64,000 nucleotides of DNA from positions 2,925-66,924 of the forward strand of contig CALKIG010000106.1 in the NCBI GenBank assembly GCA_937989945.1. The letters are read 5' to 3'. Source of the stretch: an uncultured Actinomycetes bacterium (GTDB taxonomy: Bacteria; Actinomycetota; Acidimicrobiia; Spongiisociales; ZC4RG35). The translations under genes and the position numbers were made by a program. The notes below the pieces were generated by a model, which saw only the letters and a program-made list of their open reading frames with translations, was not told where the DNA came from and made no database searches. This document shows, piece after piece, positions 45,216-54,637 of this stretch (its first letter is position 1; every line of letters starts with the position of its first letter).

Positions 45216-46865
45216 TCAGCCTCTCAGGTCACGACGCTCGAACAGCGGGACGGCAACTGCGACGAGCAGGACGAAGAGCGCGGCCAACACACCGACATGA
45301 CCCCAATCGATGGCCATTTCGAGCGGGCTTCCGCCCAAGTAGTAGTGGAACGGAGATAGCTCCGACCAACCCTGCAGACCGCCGATCAGCGGAAAGAAGG
45401 AGAAAACGAAGTAGCTGAGTAGCGCCACGAGAGACGCGCCATAGGCCGCAACGCTGGTGCGACCAAAGGCCGCGCTGAGCACGAGGGCGACACCACCCAT
45501 GACGAGACCAAGCAGGGTCAGGAGAAGAGACGTTGCAGCGAATCTGATCGGGGCGATGCCGGCGTCGCCGATCAGTCCACCAGACCATGAGCCGAGGAAC
45601 GTAGCCACCCCCACTAGGGCTGCCAGGCCAACCATGGCGACCACCTTCTGAATGAGGATTCGGCGCCTCGAGATCGGACTGGCGACGAGTAGCCCCATCG
45701 TGTGCTTTTGTTCCTCCCCGGCAAGAGCTCGAGTGCCGACGAGAATCGTGAGGACGAACAGCGCTATCGGCGCGGTCAGCGAGAACATCTCTCCCTGGAA
45801 CCAGCCCTCCGCAGTTCCCATGTCTGCTCCTCCGATCGCCGCAATCAGCGCCTCAGGTAGATCTTGGAACACTTGAAGCACGTTCTCCGGTATGAGACGC
45901 CAGAAGACGCCATAGAGCAGACCGAGATAGAACAGGATGCTCGCAACGATGGCCGTCAAAGCCTGATGGTCCGATGCGGTCTTGGCCACGATCCCGGAAA
46001 CCCTCGCCGATCCGGCGAATCGCTCCACCAAGCGAGCGGTGCGCGGGTTATCCCTCAAGCGGTCGATCACCCCGCGCTTCGTGCCACCGTTCTTCAGGTC
46101 CCGCCGACCCACGCCCACATATGCGACGGCCACAAATCCCAAGGACGCACCGGCGAGGAGGGCGAGATGACCCCAATGAATACCGTTGGCCAGGGGCTGG
46201 GAGCCTGCGTAGTAGTACCAAGGGAAGTACTCCGTCAGGAAGTCGAGTTCGGAGATGAGCGGAAAGATCCCCACGGCCAGCCATCCAATAACCATCAATC
46301 CCGCCGATATTCCGGAGGCAAGCGAGGTGCTTCCCGCCCAGGCACCGATTGCCATGGCGAGGAAGCCATAGAAGACGGTGTTCACGAAGAGATGGACGAG
46401 CAACGACCCCACCATCATCCCCGTCATGTCGACACTCAGCATTCCCGGAGTGATGGCAGCCGCGCCCCACAGGAGGAGCACTGCCAACAGTGAGAGACCC
46501 ATGATTGCCGCCGCCTTGGAGAGCAGCACCCTGGTCCGTGACACTGGGTTGGCCAGGAGCAAACCCAGTGTTCCGTTGGCCTCCTCACCTGCGATCGATG
46601 AGGAACCGAGCGATATCGCCAGTCCGCCCAACGTGAGGGCGCCGATGGTGTTCAGGATTGCGCCGAAGCCGAGGCCGGCCACGCCGGCGCCTTCAGGAAG
46701 GCTGAGCAGCTGCAGGTAGAACTCCGGAAGCTGGTTAATGAAAGAGGCGTCGATCTCCCTGTAGATGGCAAGGCCAGCCAGGAGAAGCAGCGCCACGGAC
46801 ACGCCACCGATGAAGACGCCCAGGATTCGGTCTCGACCAGTCTTGAGGAATACGTTGGCGAGCAT
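45216..46865 (-). CDS. ABC transporter permease, duplicated (about 12 TM) ABC-2 type
   Basis: 549 aa. Two homologous halves, each beginning with a helix, a loop and a TM bundle. The ATG shares one base with the ATPase stop. Confidence 0.8.
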   Translation of the reverse strand: MLANVFLKTGRDRILGVFIGGVSVALLLLAGLAIYREIDASFINQLPEFYLQLLSLPEGAGVAGLGFGAILNTIGALTLGGLAISLGSSSIAGEEANGTLGLLLANPVSRTRVLLSKAAAIMGLSLLAVLLLWGAAAITPGMLSVDMTGMMVGSLLVHLFVNTVFYGFLAMAIGAWAGSTSLASGISAGLMVIGWLAVGIFPLISELDFLTEYFPWYYYAGSQPLANGIHWGHLALLAGASLGFVAVAYVGVGRRDLKNGGTKRGVIDRLRDNPRTARLVERFAGSARVSGIVAKTASDHQALTAIVASILFYLGLLYGVFWRLIPENVLQVFQDLPEALIAAIGGADMGTAEGWFQGEMFSLTAPIALFVLTILVGTRALAGEEQKHTMGLLVASPISRRRILIQKVVAMVGLAALVGVATFLGSWSGGLIGDAGIAPIRFAATSLLLTLLGLVMGGVALVLSAAFGRTSVAAYGASLVALLSYFVFSFFPLIGGLQGWSELSPFHYYLGGSPLEMAIDWGHVGVLAALFVLLVAVAVPLFERRDLRG

Positions 46866-47785
46866 CAGGCCTTCACCGGAGTGTCGCGCTCGGCATCGCG
46901 GTAGTACGTGAGGAAGATCTCCTCGAGGTCGGCCTCCTCGATGATCAAGTCGACAACGTTGTGGTGGCGGGTTGCTGCCTGAAGCAACGCGTCTATCTTC
47001 CCGTCATAGGAGATGACAGCGCGATTCTCATGAAGCTCGATGCCGCGCACACCGGGCAACGTTTCGAACTCGCTCGAGTTCGGCGAGCCGTCGAACTCAA
47101 ACTCCACCCGGCGGATGGCCTTGGAGCGCAAGCTCTGCACCGACTCGACCTCGACGAGTACGCCTGACCGGATTATCCCGACCCGGTCAGCGACTCTCTG
47201 CACCTCGGAAAGGGTGTGTGACGACAAGAACACAGAACGCCCCTCCTCCGCCACCTCTCGCATCATCGCCTGGAACTCCTTTTGGACCAGTGGATCGAGG
47301 CCGGTGCTCGGCTCATCCATGATCAGCAACCGGGGCTTGTTCATGAAAGCCTGGATGAGTCCGACCTTTTGCCGATTGCCCGAGGACAGATCCCCGATCT
47401 TCCGTGACAGGTCGGAGTCGAGCCTCTCCGCAAGCTGATCGACGTAAGACCAGTCGACCCCGCCCCTGAGATTGGAGAAGTAGGTCAGGGTGTCCCGCCC
47501 GGTGAGGTTCGGGTACATGCTCAGGTCATCAGGCACGTACCCGATGTGATTGCGTATCTCGACGGATTTCTGGTGGCTATCCATCCCGAGTATCGACGCA
47601 GTCCCAGAGGTTGGCCGGATCAGATCGAGGATCGTTCTGATGGTCGTGGTCTTTCCTGCGCCATTCGGCCCGAGGAACCCGAAGACCTCTCCCATCCGAA
47701 CCTGCAGGTCGAGATTGGTGAGGGCTTCGACGTCGCCGTAGTGCTTGGTCAGAGATTTCGTCTCGATGGCGAGGTTGCCGTTCAT
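46865..47785 (-). CDS. ABC transporter ATP-binding protein
   Basis: 306 aa from ATG 47785. Walker A GPNGAGKTT, signature LSSGNRQK, Walker B LLIMDEPSTGLD. ATGA overlap with the regulator gene. Confidence 0.9.
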   Translation of the reverse strand: MNGNLAIETKSLTKHYGDVEALTNLDLQVRMGEVFGFLGPNGAGKTTTIRTILDLIRPTSGTASILGMDSHQKSVEIRNHIGYVPDDLSMYPNLTGRDTLTYFSNLRGGVDWSYVDQLAERLDSDLSRKIGDLSSGNRQKVGLIQAFMNKPRLLIMDEPSTGLDPLVQKEFQAMMREVAEEGRSVFLSSHTLSEVQRVADRVGIIRSGVLVEVESVQSLRSKAIRRVEFEFDGSPNSSEFETLPGVRGIELHENRAVISYDGKIDALLQAATRHHNVVDLIIEEADLEEIFLTYYRDAERDTPVKA

Positions 47786-48246
47786 GTTCTTTCCTTTGTA
47801 AGTCGATCCCGCAGCCGTCCCATCAGCGCAGGCCACTCATCAGCGAAGAAATCGACGATGAGACCAAGCTCGGTGACCCGCTCCGGCCTCGAGTCAGGCA
47901 GCACCTGGGTGCCCGATTCGGCGAGCTTCCGCATTTCGGCGATCCGTTGCAACTCCCCTTCCATCAGCTTCGACCAGGCCCGATCGGGCAGCCGGTAGTA
48001 GCTCGCCCGGTCACCGCGAAAAGTCAGCCTCTCCACCAGGCCAATCTGCTCCAAATGGCGGACCTGGGTGGACACAGACCCTGCGCTGACGTCAAGCGCC
48101 TCGACTATGTCCGCAGACGATTGGTGGTCGGGCTCACAGATCATCAATAGGCCCAGGATGCGACCGGCGTTCCGACTGCCGGTAGTCGACTCCCAGAAAC
48201 GACCGGTCTGTTCCACGAACTGCGATTGCTCCGCCGTCAGTTTCAT
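47782..48246 (-). CDS. GbsR/MarR-like winged-helix transcriptional regulator
   Basis: 154 aa from ATG 48246. FVEQTGRFWESTTGSRNAGRILGLLMICEP...SADIVEALDVSAGSVSTQVRHLEQIGLVER is GbsR-like. Confidence 0.75.
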   Translation of the reverse strand: MKLTAEQSQFVEQTGRFWESTTGSRNAGRILGLLMICEPDHQSSADIVEALDVSAGSVSTQVRHLEQIGLVERLTFRGDRASYYRLPDRAWSKLMEGELQRIAEMRKLAESGTQVLPDSRPERVTELGLIVDFFADEWPALMGRLRDRLTKERT

Positions 48247-48250
48247 ACAA

Positions 48251-48275
48251 TTCAGTATATTCTGAAACTTCAGTT
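48251..48275. promoter_or_regulatory. AT-rich operator-like element TTCAG-N6-CTGAA-N2-TTCAG immediately upstream of the GbsR-like gene
   Basis: TTCAGTATATTCTGAAACTTCAG, with three 5-bp half-sites in alternating orientation. Begins 5 nt from the regulator start codon. Confidence 0.45.
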
Positions 48276-48306
48276 GAATGCGAAGCAGGAGGTTCCCGAG
48301 CTTACT

Positions 48307-48333
48307 TGTCACAGCAGACACTCCCATCTCGTC
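48307..48333 (+). promoter_or_regulatory. ECF41-type sigma factor promoter TGTCACA-N16-CGTC
   Basis: TGTCACA at 48307..48313, an exact 16-nt spacer, CGTC at 48330..48333. Lies 51 nt upstream of the epimerase ATG. It matches the published group-ECF41 signature as I recall it. Confidence 0.7.
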
Positions 48334-48383
48334 AATGCCTCTGAAAAGGCAACAGCCACACTCGATGAGAGAAGGAGAAGCTC

Positions 48384-49316
48384 ATGAAGGTTCTTTTCAC
48401 CGGTGCCACAGGTGTCCTCGGCCGAGTATCGGTCCCCTTGCTCGTTTCCGACGGGCACGACGTCACCGCCGTTTCCCGGTCGGAGGGCGATGCAGCATGG
48501 CTCGAGGCGATAGGGGCTCGTCCCGCCCATGTCGACCTCTTCGACCAGGACTCGATCCGATCCGCGATCGGAGGCATAGACACAGTGATCCACTTCGCCA
48601 CTTCCATACCGCCCCAGGCCGCGATGACGAAGAGAGAGTCGTGGACGATGAACGACCGCCTCCGTCGCGACACCACGAGGCTGCTGGTCGACGCGGCACT
48701 CGCAGGAAACGTAGAGAGATTCATACAGCAGTCGGTCACGCTGATCTACGCCGATGGAGGCGAGGGGTGGCTCGACGAGCACGCCAGGGTGGAGCCCGTG
48801 TGGAACGTGCTCGACTCCGCCATCGAAGCCGAAGCACAGGTAGCTCGCTTTCAGGAGCACGGAGGCACAGGCATAGTGCTGCGCCTGTCGCGCCTGTACG
48901 GTCCAGACAAGGCGTCCGCTGAGTTCATCTCAGCGGCGAAAGCCAGACAGCTACCAGTAGTTGGTAAAGGAGACAACTACGTCTCGAGCATTCACTCGCA
49001 GGACGCGGCGAACGCGTTGCGGGCATCTCTGAGTGTGCCTGGCGGCACGTACAACGTAACCGATGACGAGCCAGTCACGGCTGCCGCATATGCGCAGATC
49101 CTTGCCGAGGCGGTTGGTGCCACCAATCCGCGCCGGGTCCCAACTGTTTTCGCCAAACTCGCAATGCGTGAGTCGGCCGGTCTGGTGACAATCTCCCACC
49201 GTGTGACCAACAGGAAGTTCAAAGACGTTGCGGGTTGGGAGCCGAGGTTCACGAGTGTCCGCCAGGGGTGGGCAGACATCGTCGGCGAAAGCAGATCAGA
49301 ATCTGCATATGAGTGA
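48384..49316 (+). CDS. NAD-dependent epimerase/dehydratase family protein (the COE partner of the ECF41 sigma factor)
   Basis: 310 aa. MKVLFTGATGVLG Rossmann motif. AAGGAGAAG lies upstream. Confidence 0.85.
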   Translation: MKVLFTGATGVLGRVSVPLLVSDGHDVTAVSRSEGDAAWLEAIGARPAHVDLFDQDSIRSAIGGIDTVIHFATSIPPQAAMTKRESWTMNDRLRRDTTRLLVDAALAGNVERFIQQSVTLIYADGGEGWLDEHARVEPVWNVLDSAIEAEAQVARFQEHGGTGIVLRLSRLYGPDKASAEFISAAKARQLPVVGKGDNYVSSIHSQDAANALRASLSVPGGTYNVTDDEPVTAAAYAQILAEAVGATNPRRVPTVFAKLAMRESAGLVTISHRVTNRKFKDVAGWEPRFTSVRQGWADIVGESRSESAYE

Positions 49317-50172
49317 CATCGAGGCCTTCGAGCGAAACCGGTCTCGTCTGGCCGGAATCGCTTACGGGATGCTCGGGAGTGTCATGGAGGCCGAAGATGT
49401 CGTCCAGGACGCATATCTGAGGTGGCGGGGTGTCGACACCGGCAAAATCGACTCTCCCGACGCCTACCTCACGACGATCACCACCAGGCTCGCCATCGAT
49501 CGACTCAAGTCGGCTCGGGCTAGGAGGGAACGGTACGTCGGGCCGTGGCTCCCCGAGCCGATGGTCACCTCCCAGGCCGAGGATCCAGCCGCCATCGTGC
49601 TCGAAGCGGAATCATTGTCGATGGCACTACTGGCGGCTCTCGAGAGGTTGAACCCGGTCGAGCGTGCGGTGCTGCTCCTGCGCGAGGTCTTTGACATGGA
49701 TTACGCCGAAATCTCACCCATCGTCGACAAATCTCCAGCCAACTGCCGTCAGATCGCGAGCCGCGCCCGTGACAAGGCCGGCGACCAGGGTCGGCGGACG
49801 ACCGCCGCACCGAGCGACTTCGAGATCATCATGAGATACGTCGACAGGGTCAGCCAAGGCGATGTCGAAGGGGTCGCGGCAGTCTTCGCCGAAGACGTCG
49901 TCTTGTGGTCGGACGGCGGAGGAGTGGCCCGTGCTGCCCGGCATCCGCTCTTTGGAGCGACTCGCGTGGCGCGTCACATGGTGGGCGTCGCACCACAAAC
50001 CCCGGAGGGGACGAAGATCGTGTTCGCATTGGTGAACGGAGACCCCGGCCTCCTCGGTGTGCTCGATGGCCGGGTGATTGCAGCGCTTGCCTTTGAGATC
50101 GAAGAAGGATTGGTCGTCGCGCTACGAGCCGTGCTCAACCCGGACAAGCTCGCCCACATACCCCCGCTCTGA
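49309..50172 (+). CDS. ECF sigma factor, SigJ/ECF41-like, with C-terminal SnoaL-like extension
   Basis: 287 aa from ATG 49309 (8-nt overlap with the epimerase). Region 2 EDVVQDAYLRW; region 4 ERAVLLLREVFDMDYAEISPIVDKSPANCRQIASRARDK; about 100 extra C-terminal residues. Confidence 0.85.
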   Translation: MSDIEAFERNRSRLAGIAYGMLGSVMEAEDVVQDAYLRWRGVDTGKIDSPDAYLTTITTRLAIDRLKSARARRERYVGPWLPEPMVTSQAEDPAAIVLEAESLSMALLAALERLNPVERAVLLLREVFDMDYAEISPIVDKSPANCRQIASRARDKAGDQGRRTTAAPSDFEIIMRYVDRVSQGDVEGVAAVFAEDVVLWSDGGGVARAARHPLFGATRVARHMVGVAPQTPEGTKIVFALVNGDPGLLGVLDGRVIAALAFEIEEGLVVALRAVLNPDKLAHIPPL

Positions 50173-50183
50173 CACAGCTCCGG

Positions 50184-50330
50184 TCAAGAGTTCAGGTTCG
50201 CCATGACGTGCTTGATGCGGGTGTAGTCCTCGAGCGCGTAAGCGGAGAGGTCCTTGCCGTACCCGGACTGCTTGTACCCGCAAAGCCTGCCCTGCGGTAA
50301 AAATCGGCCCGCAACATGAACCGGCGCGAG
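50184..50330 (-). pseudogene. 3'-terminal remnant (about 45 codons) of an aldehyde dehydrogenase gene (PatD/aminobutyraldehyde DH-like)
   Basis: Reads ...GYKQSGYGKDLSAYALEDYTRIKHVMANLNS-stop, the conserved ALDH C-terminus. There is no upstream ALDH coding sequence because the serine hydrolase gene ends at 50341. The left boundary is approximate. Confidence 0.6.
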
Positions 50331-50340
50331 TGGCCCTTCT

Positions 50341-51462
50341 TCAGCCGAGGCCCGAGGCGATCTCTTGCATGATCGTTGCCCAGGAATACTCGCCCTGGCT
50401 CTCACCGAGGCGCACGATCACGACATCTCTCGTCGGGTCGACGAACAGGTACTGACCCGCCTTCCCCAATGCCAGGTGCGAGCCATCGTCGAGCACCCAC
50501 CACTGGTAGCCATAGTTGGCGAGGACCGAGCCCGAGTACTCAGCCGGCCACCTGTCGGGGGAGAATCCGGGCGCAACCGATGCCTCGATCCAATCTTCTG
50601 AGATGAGCCGCTCGCCGTCCCACGTCCCGCCGTTCGAGACCATTTGCCCGAACCGGGCGAGATCCCTGGCAGTCATCGCAAGACAACACCATGTCCGCTC
50701 GAGGCCGCCATCGGCGTCCACGTTCCATGAGCCTGCGTTCCCTGCACCGAGTGGGTGCCAGAGCCTCCGCTCGAGGTATTCGGTGAGGGATGTGTCACCG
50801 AGGGCTCGAACCAGGACCAACCCGAGTAGCGCGTTGTCACCCGACTTGTACCGGAATACGGGGTCGCTCGCCTCGCGAACCTCCAGGTCGAGAATCTCGT
50901 CGGCCAGGCTTTGGGTGTAGTTGAACCTGATGTGGATGCCAATCGGGTTGTCGTCCTCCACATAGTCCATGCTCGAATCCATCCGCAGGAGGTCTTCGAT
51001 CGTGACGCGATCGAAGCCACCCTCTGAGAGCTCGGGGATGTATTCGGTCACCACGTCATCGACCGAGCCAATGAGGCCATCGTCTATTGCGGCGCCTATC
51101 AGGAGCGAGACAATCGACTTCGATGCGGAGAACAGCATCGATGGCGTGTCCGGGCCGTGATCGTCGCGGTACCACTCCCACACGATCACTCCCCCGTCGA
51201 CGACCACGAACGCCAGGCTCTGGCTGGCTTCGAGAGAGTCGAGGAGGCTGTCGTCGACGAACCCGGCCGTCGCCTCGCTCTCCTGCCACGGGACCGGTTC
51301 CGGGCTGGGACTCAGGCTGCGGGTCGGGTATTCGAGATGATCCCAAACAGTCGTCGGCCCATGAGTGAGCAACTGCCAGCTGATGTCCGGCCCGATGAGG
51401 AAGAACATCACCACTGAGACCGCCGCAATGCCTCCGATCAACCATCCAACGAATCGCCTCAC
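50341..51462 (-). CDS. membrane-anchored serine hydrolase (beta-lactamase / PBP4* family)
   Basis: SxxK motif FSASKS; N-terminal TM FVGWLIGGIAAVSVVMFFLIG. Start is uncertain: GTG 51462 is chosen, and the ORF open to 51870 would overlap the divergent gene. Confidence 0.7.
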   Translation of the reverse strand: MRRFVGWLIGGIAAVSVVMFFLIGPDISWQLLTHGPTTVWDHLEYPTRSLSPSPEPVPWQESEATAGFVDDSLLDSLEASQSLAFVVVDGGVIVWEWYRDDHGPDTPSMLFSASKSIVSLLIGAAIDDGLIGSVDDVVTEYIPELSEGGFDRVTIEDLLRMDSSMDYVEDDNPIGIHIRFNYTQSLADEILDLEVREASDPVFRYKSGDNALLGLVLVRALGDTSLTEYLERRLWHPLGAGNAGSWNVDADGGLERTWCCLAMTARDLARFGQMVSNGGTWDGERLISEDWIEASVAPGFSPDRWPAEYSGSVLANYGYQWWVLDDGSHLALGKAGQYLFVDPTRDVVIVRLGESQGEYSWATIMQEIASGLG

Positions 51463-51546
51463 GAGGCCCGATGATGGCCGACTGGAGGCGAAGCTTGGAA
51501 ATCGGCTTGATCGGCCGCGCCTTCGTTCGAGCGTCGCGGCCGCCAC

Positions 51547-52653
51547 ATGCCCCTCTGGCGCCCCACGTCCGATAGTCTGCCGCCCGTGTCGAACGACGAC
51601 GAGACCCGCCGCCTGATCGAGTCTCAGGACGGGGCTTCGCCCATCACTACTGACGATGGCTTCGTCTTCTTCTTCGAAGGCGACGCCGATGATGTCGAGC
51701 TCGTCATCATGGAAGACCGGTTTCCGCCCGTCGAAGGCATGTCGAAGCTCGCAGGGTCCAACATCTGGCAGGTTCCTGTGGTGGCCCCCAGTGACTCCTT
51801 GATCGAGTACAAGTTCGCCGTCACCAGAGGCGGGAGAAAGCGCACCATCCTCGACCCCACTAACCCTCAAAGGGCGAAGGACCCCTTTGGCTCCAATTCA
51901 GTGGCAACGGGCCGGCATTACGAAGCTCCGGCCTGGGTGCGCGCAGATCCGCCTCGAGCGACCATCTCAGAGCTAACCGTGGAGTCCGAGGTGTGGGAGG
52001 AGCCACGGGCGCATTGGGTTCTCGAACCGCCCGGCTACACGAACGGTGCGGCTGGCGCGTTACTGGTGCTTCACGATGGGAGCGACTACCTCGATTACGC
52101 CTCGTTCGAGCAGTGTCTGAGTGCCCTTTGCCAGGCGGGACGGATCGACCCACCACTCGTTCTCCTTCATCAGCCCGCGCACCGCAACAGCGAATACCCG
52201 GACAACGAGCGTCACATCAGCCATGTGCTGGACGAGCTGCTCCCCGCACTCGCGTCCGAGCACTCCTTTGCTCAGGTCGTTGCTGGTGGAGCGAGCCTTG
52301 GCGGCGTGGCGTCGATTTCCCTCGCCTACCGTCGTCCCGGCGCCATCGACTCGCTGATGCTCCAATCCGCTTCGCTGGTGCAAGCACTGGGCGGGCCGTT
52401 TCGGCGAGGCAGGGTTCTCGCACCTGCGACGCGCCTGACGAGCGAGATTCTCGCTGACCCCGGCGCCCTGCCCGAGCGAATTGCGATCTCGTGTGGGACT
52501 TTCGACGGCCTGGTCGAGGATCACAGAGTCGTCGTCCCCCAGCTCGCGCAGCAGGTTCCGAAGCTCTCCTATACGGAGGTCAACGCAGGTCACCATTGGC
52601 TCTGCTGGCGGGACAGGCTCGAAGCAGACCTGCTCTCGGTGCTGGCCGGTTGA
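51547..52653 (+). CDS. esterase-family alpha/beta hydrolase with N-terminal Ig-like (E-set / enterochelin-esterase-N-like) domain
   Basis: 368 aa. N-terminal beta-rich domain (VFFFEGDADDVELV...WQVPVV...IEYKFAV), then a PF00756-like core with GGASLGG nucleophile elbow. Confidence 0.7.
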   Translation: MPLWRPTSDSLPPVSNDDETRRLIESQDGASPITTDDGFVFFFEGDADDVELVIMEDRFPPVEGMSKLAGSNIWQVPVVAPSDSLIEYKFAVTRGGRKRTILDPTNPQRAKDPFGSNSVATGRHYEAPAWVRADPPRATISELTVESEVWEEPRAHWVLEPPGYTNGAAGALLVLHDGSDYLDYASFEQCLSALCQAGRIDPPLVLLHQPAHRNSEYPDNERHISHVLDELLPALASEHSFAQVVAGGASLGGVASISLAYRRPGAIDSLMLQSASLVQALGGPFRRGRVLAPATRLTSEILADPGALPERIAISCGTFDGLVEDHRVVVPQLAQQVPKLSYTEVNAGHHWLCWRDRLEADLLSVLAG

Positions 52654-52673
52654 GCCCGGGTAGCCTCACAGAC

Positions 52674-53918
52674 ATGAGCACGACACGAAGGATCGGCCTT
52701 TCCCTGGGTGCCGACATCTGCTGGCCGGCCTTCTACGAAGACATCATCGCCCGGATCGGCCCGGTGACCGTAGGAGGTGAAGAGATCCGCTTCGAGGTGG
52801 AGCGGGTGACCATCGAGCCGTTCGACCTCCGACAGCCCACTCGCTATGACCTGGTGATAGATCGCCTGACGCCCTGGTATCACACATCACGCGAGTGGCT
52901 CAAGAAGGCGATCCTCATGGATGACGTTTATGTGCTCAACAGCCCGTTCACGCTCCAGTCGATGCAGAAGCACACGTCCTATGCGGCGATGCTCCGGCTC
53001 GGCCTACCCATCCCGAAGACGATGCTCCTGCCGCCGCGCGAGTACGAGCCCAGCCCCGACCTCGAGTTCACACTCGATCGATACGCCCAGATGTTCGACC
53101 TTGCCGAGCTCGGGGAAAGGATCGGATATCCGGCCTATCTGAAGCCTTACGACGGTGGGGCTTGGGAGGGTGTGTCTCGCGTGGAGGATGCCGGAGACCT
53201 GATGGAGGCCTACAACTCGAGTGGGTCGCGCATCATGCATCTCCAGGCCGCAGTCGACCCCCACGACCTCTTCGTGCGTGCCCTCGGCGTCGGGCCCCAG
53301 GTCAACATCATGAAGTATGACCCCGGGGCACCGCTCCACGATCGCTACAAGGTTGAGTTCGACTTCGTCGACTCCGAAGAGACCCAGCTGCTGACCGACA
53401 TGGTCATGACGATCAACAGCTTCTTCGGTTGGGACTTCAACTCATGTGAAGCACTCCGCCAGGACGGCGAGTTCTATCCGATCGACTTCGCCAACGCCAA
53501 CCCGGATTCCCAGGTGACCTCGCTGCATTATCACCTCCCATGGCTTGCCAAAGCCCTGCTTCGCTGGTCGCTCTTCTGCGCTGCGACGAACAAGCAGATG
53601 GACTTCGACCTGAGATGGAAGGAGTACTTGACGATCGCCGACTCGGACCGCACGTATCGCGAGAAGCTGGGAGCGTATGCATCACTAGCGCGGCAGCGGT
53701 TCGAGACCGAGCGGTTCGAGGAGTTCTGTGATACCCAATTGGCGAACCTCGACGAGATCACGCTCGAGTACATGTCGTCAGATCGGGCCCGGGACGCAGT
53801 GACGGCGAAAGTGGCGGCGATGTTCCCCGCTCACGAAGTGGATGGATTCACAGACCATTTCTGGGGCCTGCTCCAGTTTTGGGTGCACACAGAATCGGAC
53901 CGGCTGTCCCGAGTGTGA
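52674..53918 (+). CDS. ATP-grasp-like protein of unknown specificity
   Basis: 414 aa from ATG 52674. IGYPAYLKPYDGGAWEGVSRVEDAGDLMEAY and EFYPIDFANANPD resemble ATP-grasp central and C-terminal motifs. Assignment by eye only. Confidence 0.6.
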   Translation: MSTTRRIGLSLGADICWPAFYEDIIARIGPVTVGGEEIRFEVERVTIEPFDLRQPTRYDLVIDRLTPWYHTSREWLKKAILMDDVYVLNSPFTLQSMQKHTSYAAMLRLGLPIPKTMLLPPREYEPSPDLEFTLDRYAQMFDLAELGERIGYPAYLKPYDGGAWEGVSRVEDAGDLMEAYNSSGSRIMHLQAAVDPHDLFVRALGVGPQVNIMKYDPGAPLHDRYKVEFDFVDSEETQLLTDMVMTINSFFGWDFNSCEALRQDGEFYPIDFANANPDSQVTSLHYHLPWLAKALLRWSLFCAATNKQMDFDLRWKEYLTIADSDRTYREKLGAYASLARQRFETERFEEFCDTQLANLDEITLEYMSSDRARDAVTAKVAAMFPAHEVDGFTDHFWGLLQFWVHTESDRLSRV

Positions 53919-54637
53919 AGTCGGTCGAGCGCTGGCACTCCGACCGTATCGATGGCACGGTCACGTTGGTCAGATGGGGTGAGATCGGCAGCCCGGTGCT
54001 CATCTTCCCCACGGCCGGCGGCGACGCCGAGGAGATAGAGCGTTTCGGTCTCGTCTCTGCGCTCGGTGGGCTCCTGGGGGCGGGCCGCATCAAGGTCTAC
54101 TCGATCGACAGCGTCGCCGGTCGCAGTCTTCTCGAGCGCCGGGACCCGAACCACACAGCCTGGCTCTTCAACAGCTACTCCTCTGTGATCAGGGACGAGG
54201 TAGTCCCCGCGATTCGCTCCGACTGTCGAGACGAGCAAATCGAGATCACAACCGCCGGCGCATCCATTGGAGCCTTCAACGCGGTCGCTGCACTGTGCCG
54301 GCACCCCGATGTGTTCAGGGTTGCGGTCGGCATGAGCGGGACCTACGACCTCTCCCCTCAGCTCGGCGGCTCGTTCTCAGACGACTTCTATTTCTCGTCG
54401 CCGCTTCACTACCTGCCCGGGTTGTCGGGCGAGCAGCTCGACCATATCCGGGCCCGATTCATCGTGCTGGCAACCGGGTCAGGAGACTGGGAGAATCCAG
54501 GTGAGACCTGGGCGATGGGTCATGTGCTGGGCGCAAAGGCAATACCCAACAGGGTTGATGTCTGGTCCGAGGAGCATCACCACGATTGGCCAACCTGGTG
54601 CGAGATGCTCCCCCTCTACCTCGACGACCTGACATGA
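53915..54637 (+). CDS. esterase-like alpha/beta hydrolase (second copy, no N-terminal domain)
   Basis: 240 aa from GTG 53915 (GTGA overlap with the upstream stop). AGASIGAFNA nucleophile-elbow-like motif; ends HHHDWPTW. Confidence 0.65.
   Translation: MKSVERWHSDRIDGTVTLVRWGEIGSPVLIFPTAGGDAEEIERFGLVSALGGLLGAGRIKVYSIDSVAGRSLLERRDPNHTAWLFNSYSSVIRDEVVPAIRSDCRDEQIEITTAGASIGAFNAVAALCRHPDVFRVAVGMSGTYDLSPQLGGSFSDDFYFSSPLHYLPGLSGEQLDHIRARFIVLATGSGDWENPGETWAMGHVLGAKAIPNRVDVWSEEHHHDWPTWCEMLPLYLDDLT

Noticed and set aside
51463-51870. N-terminal extension of the serine-hydrolase ORF
   Set aside because: It would overlap the divergent esterase gene by more than 300 nt. It contains no Met codon, and the TM anchor begins right after GTG 51462.
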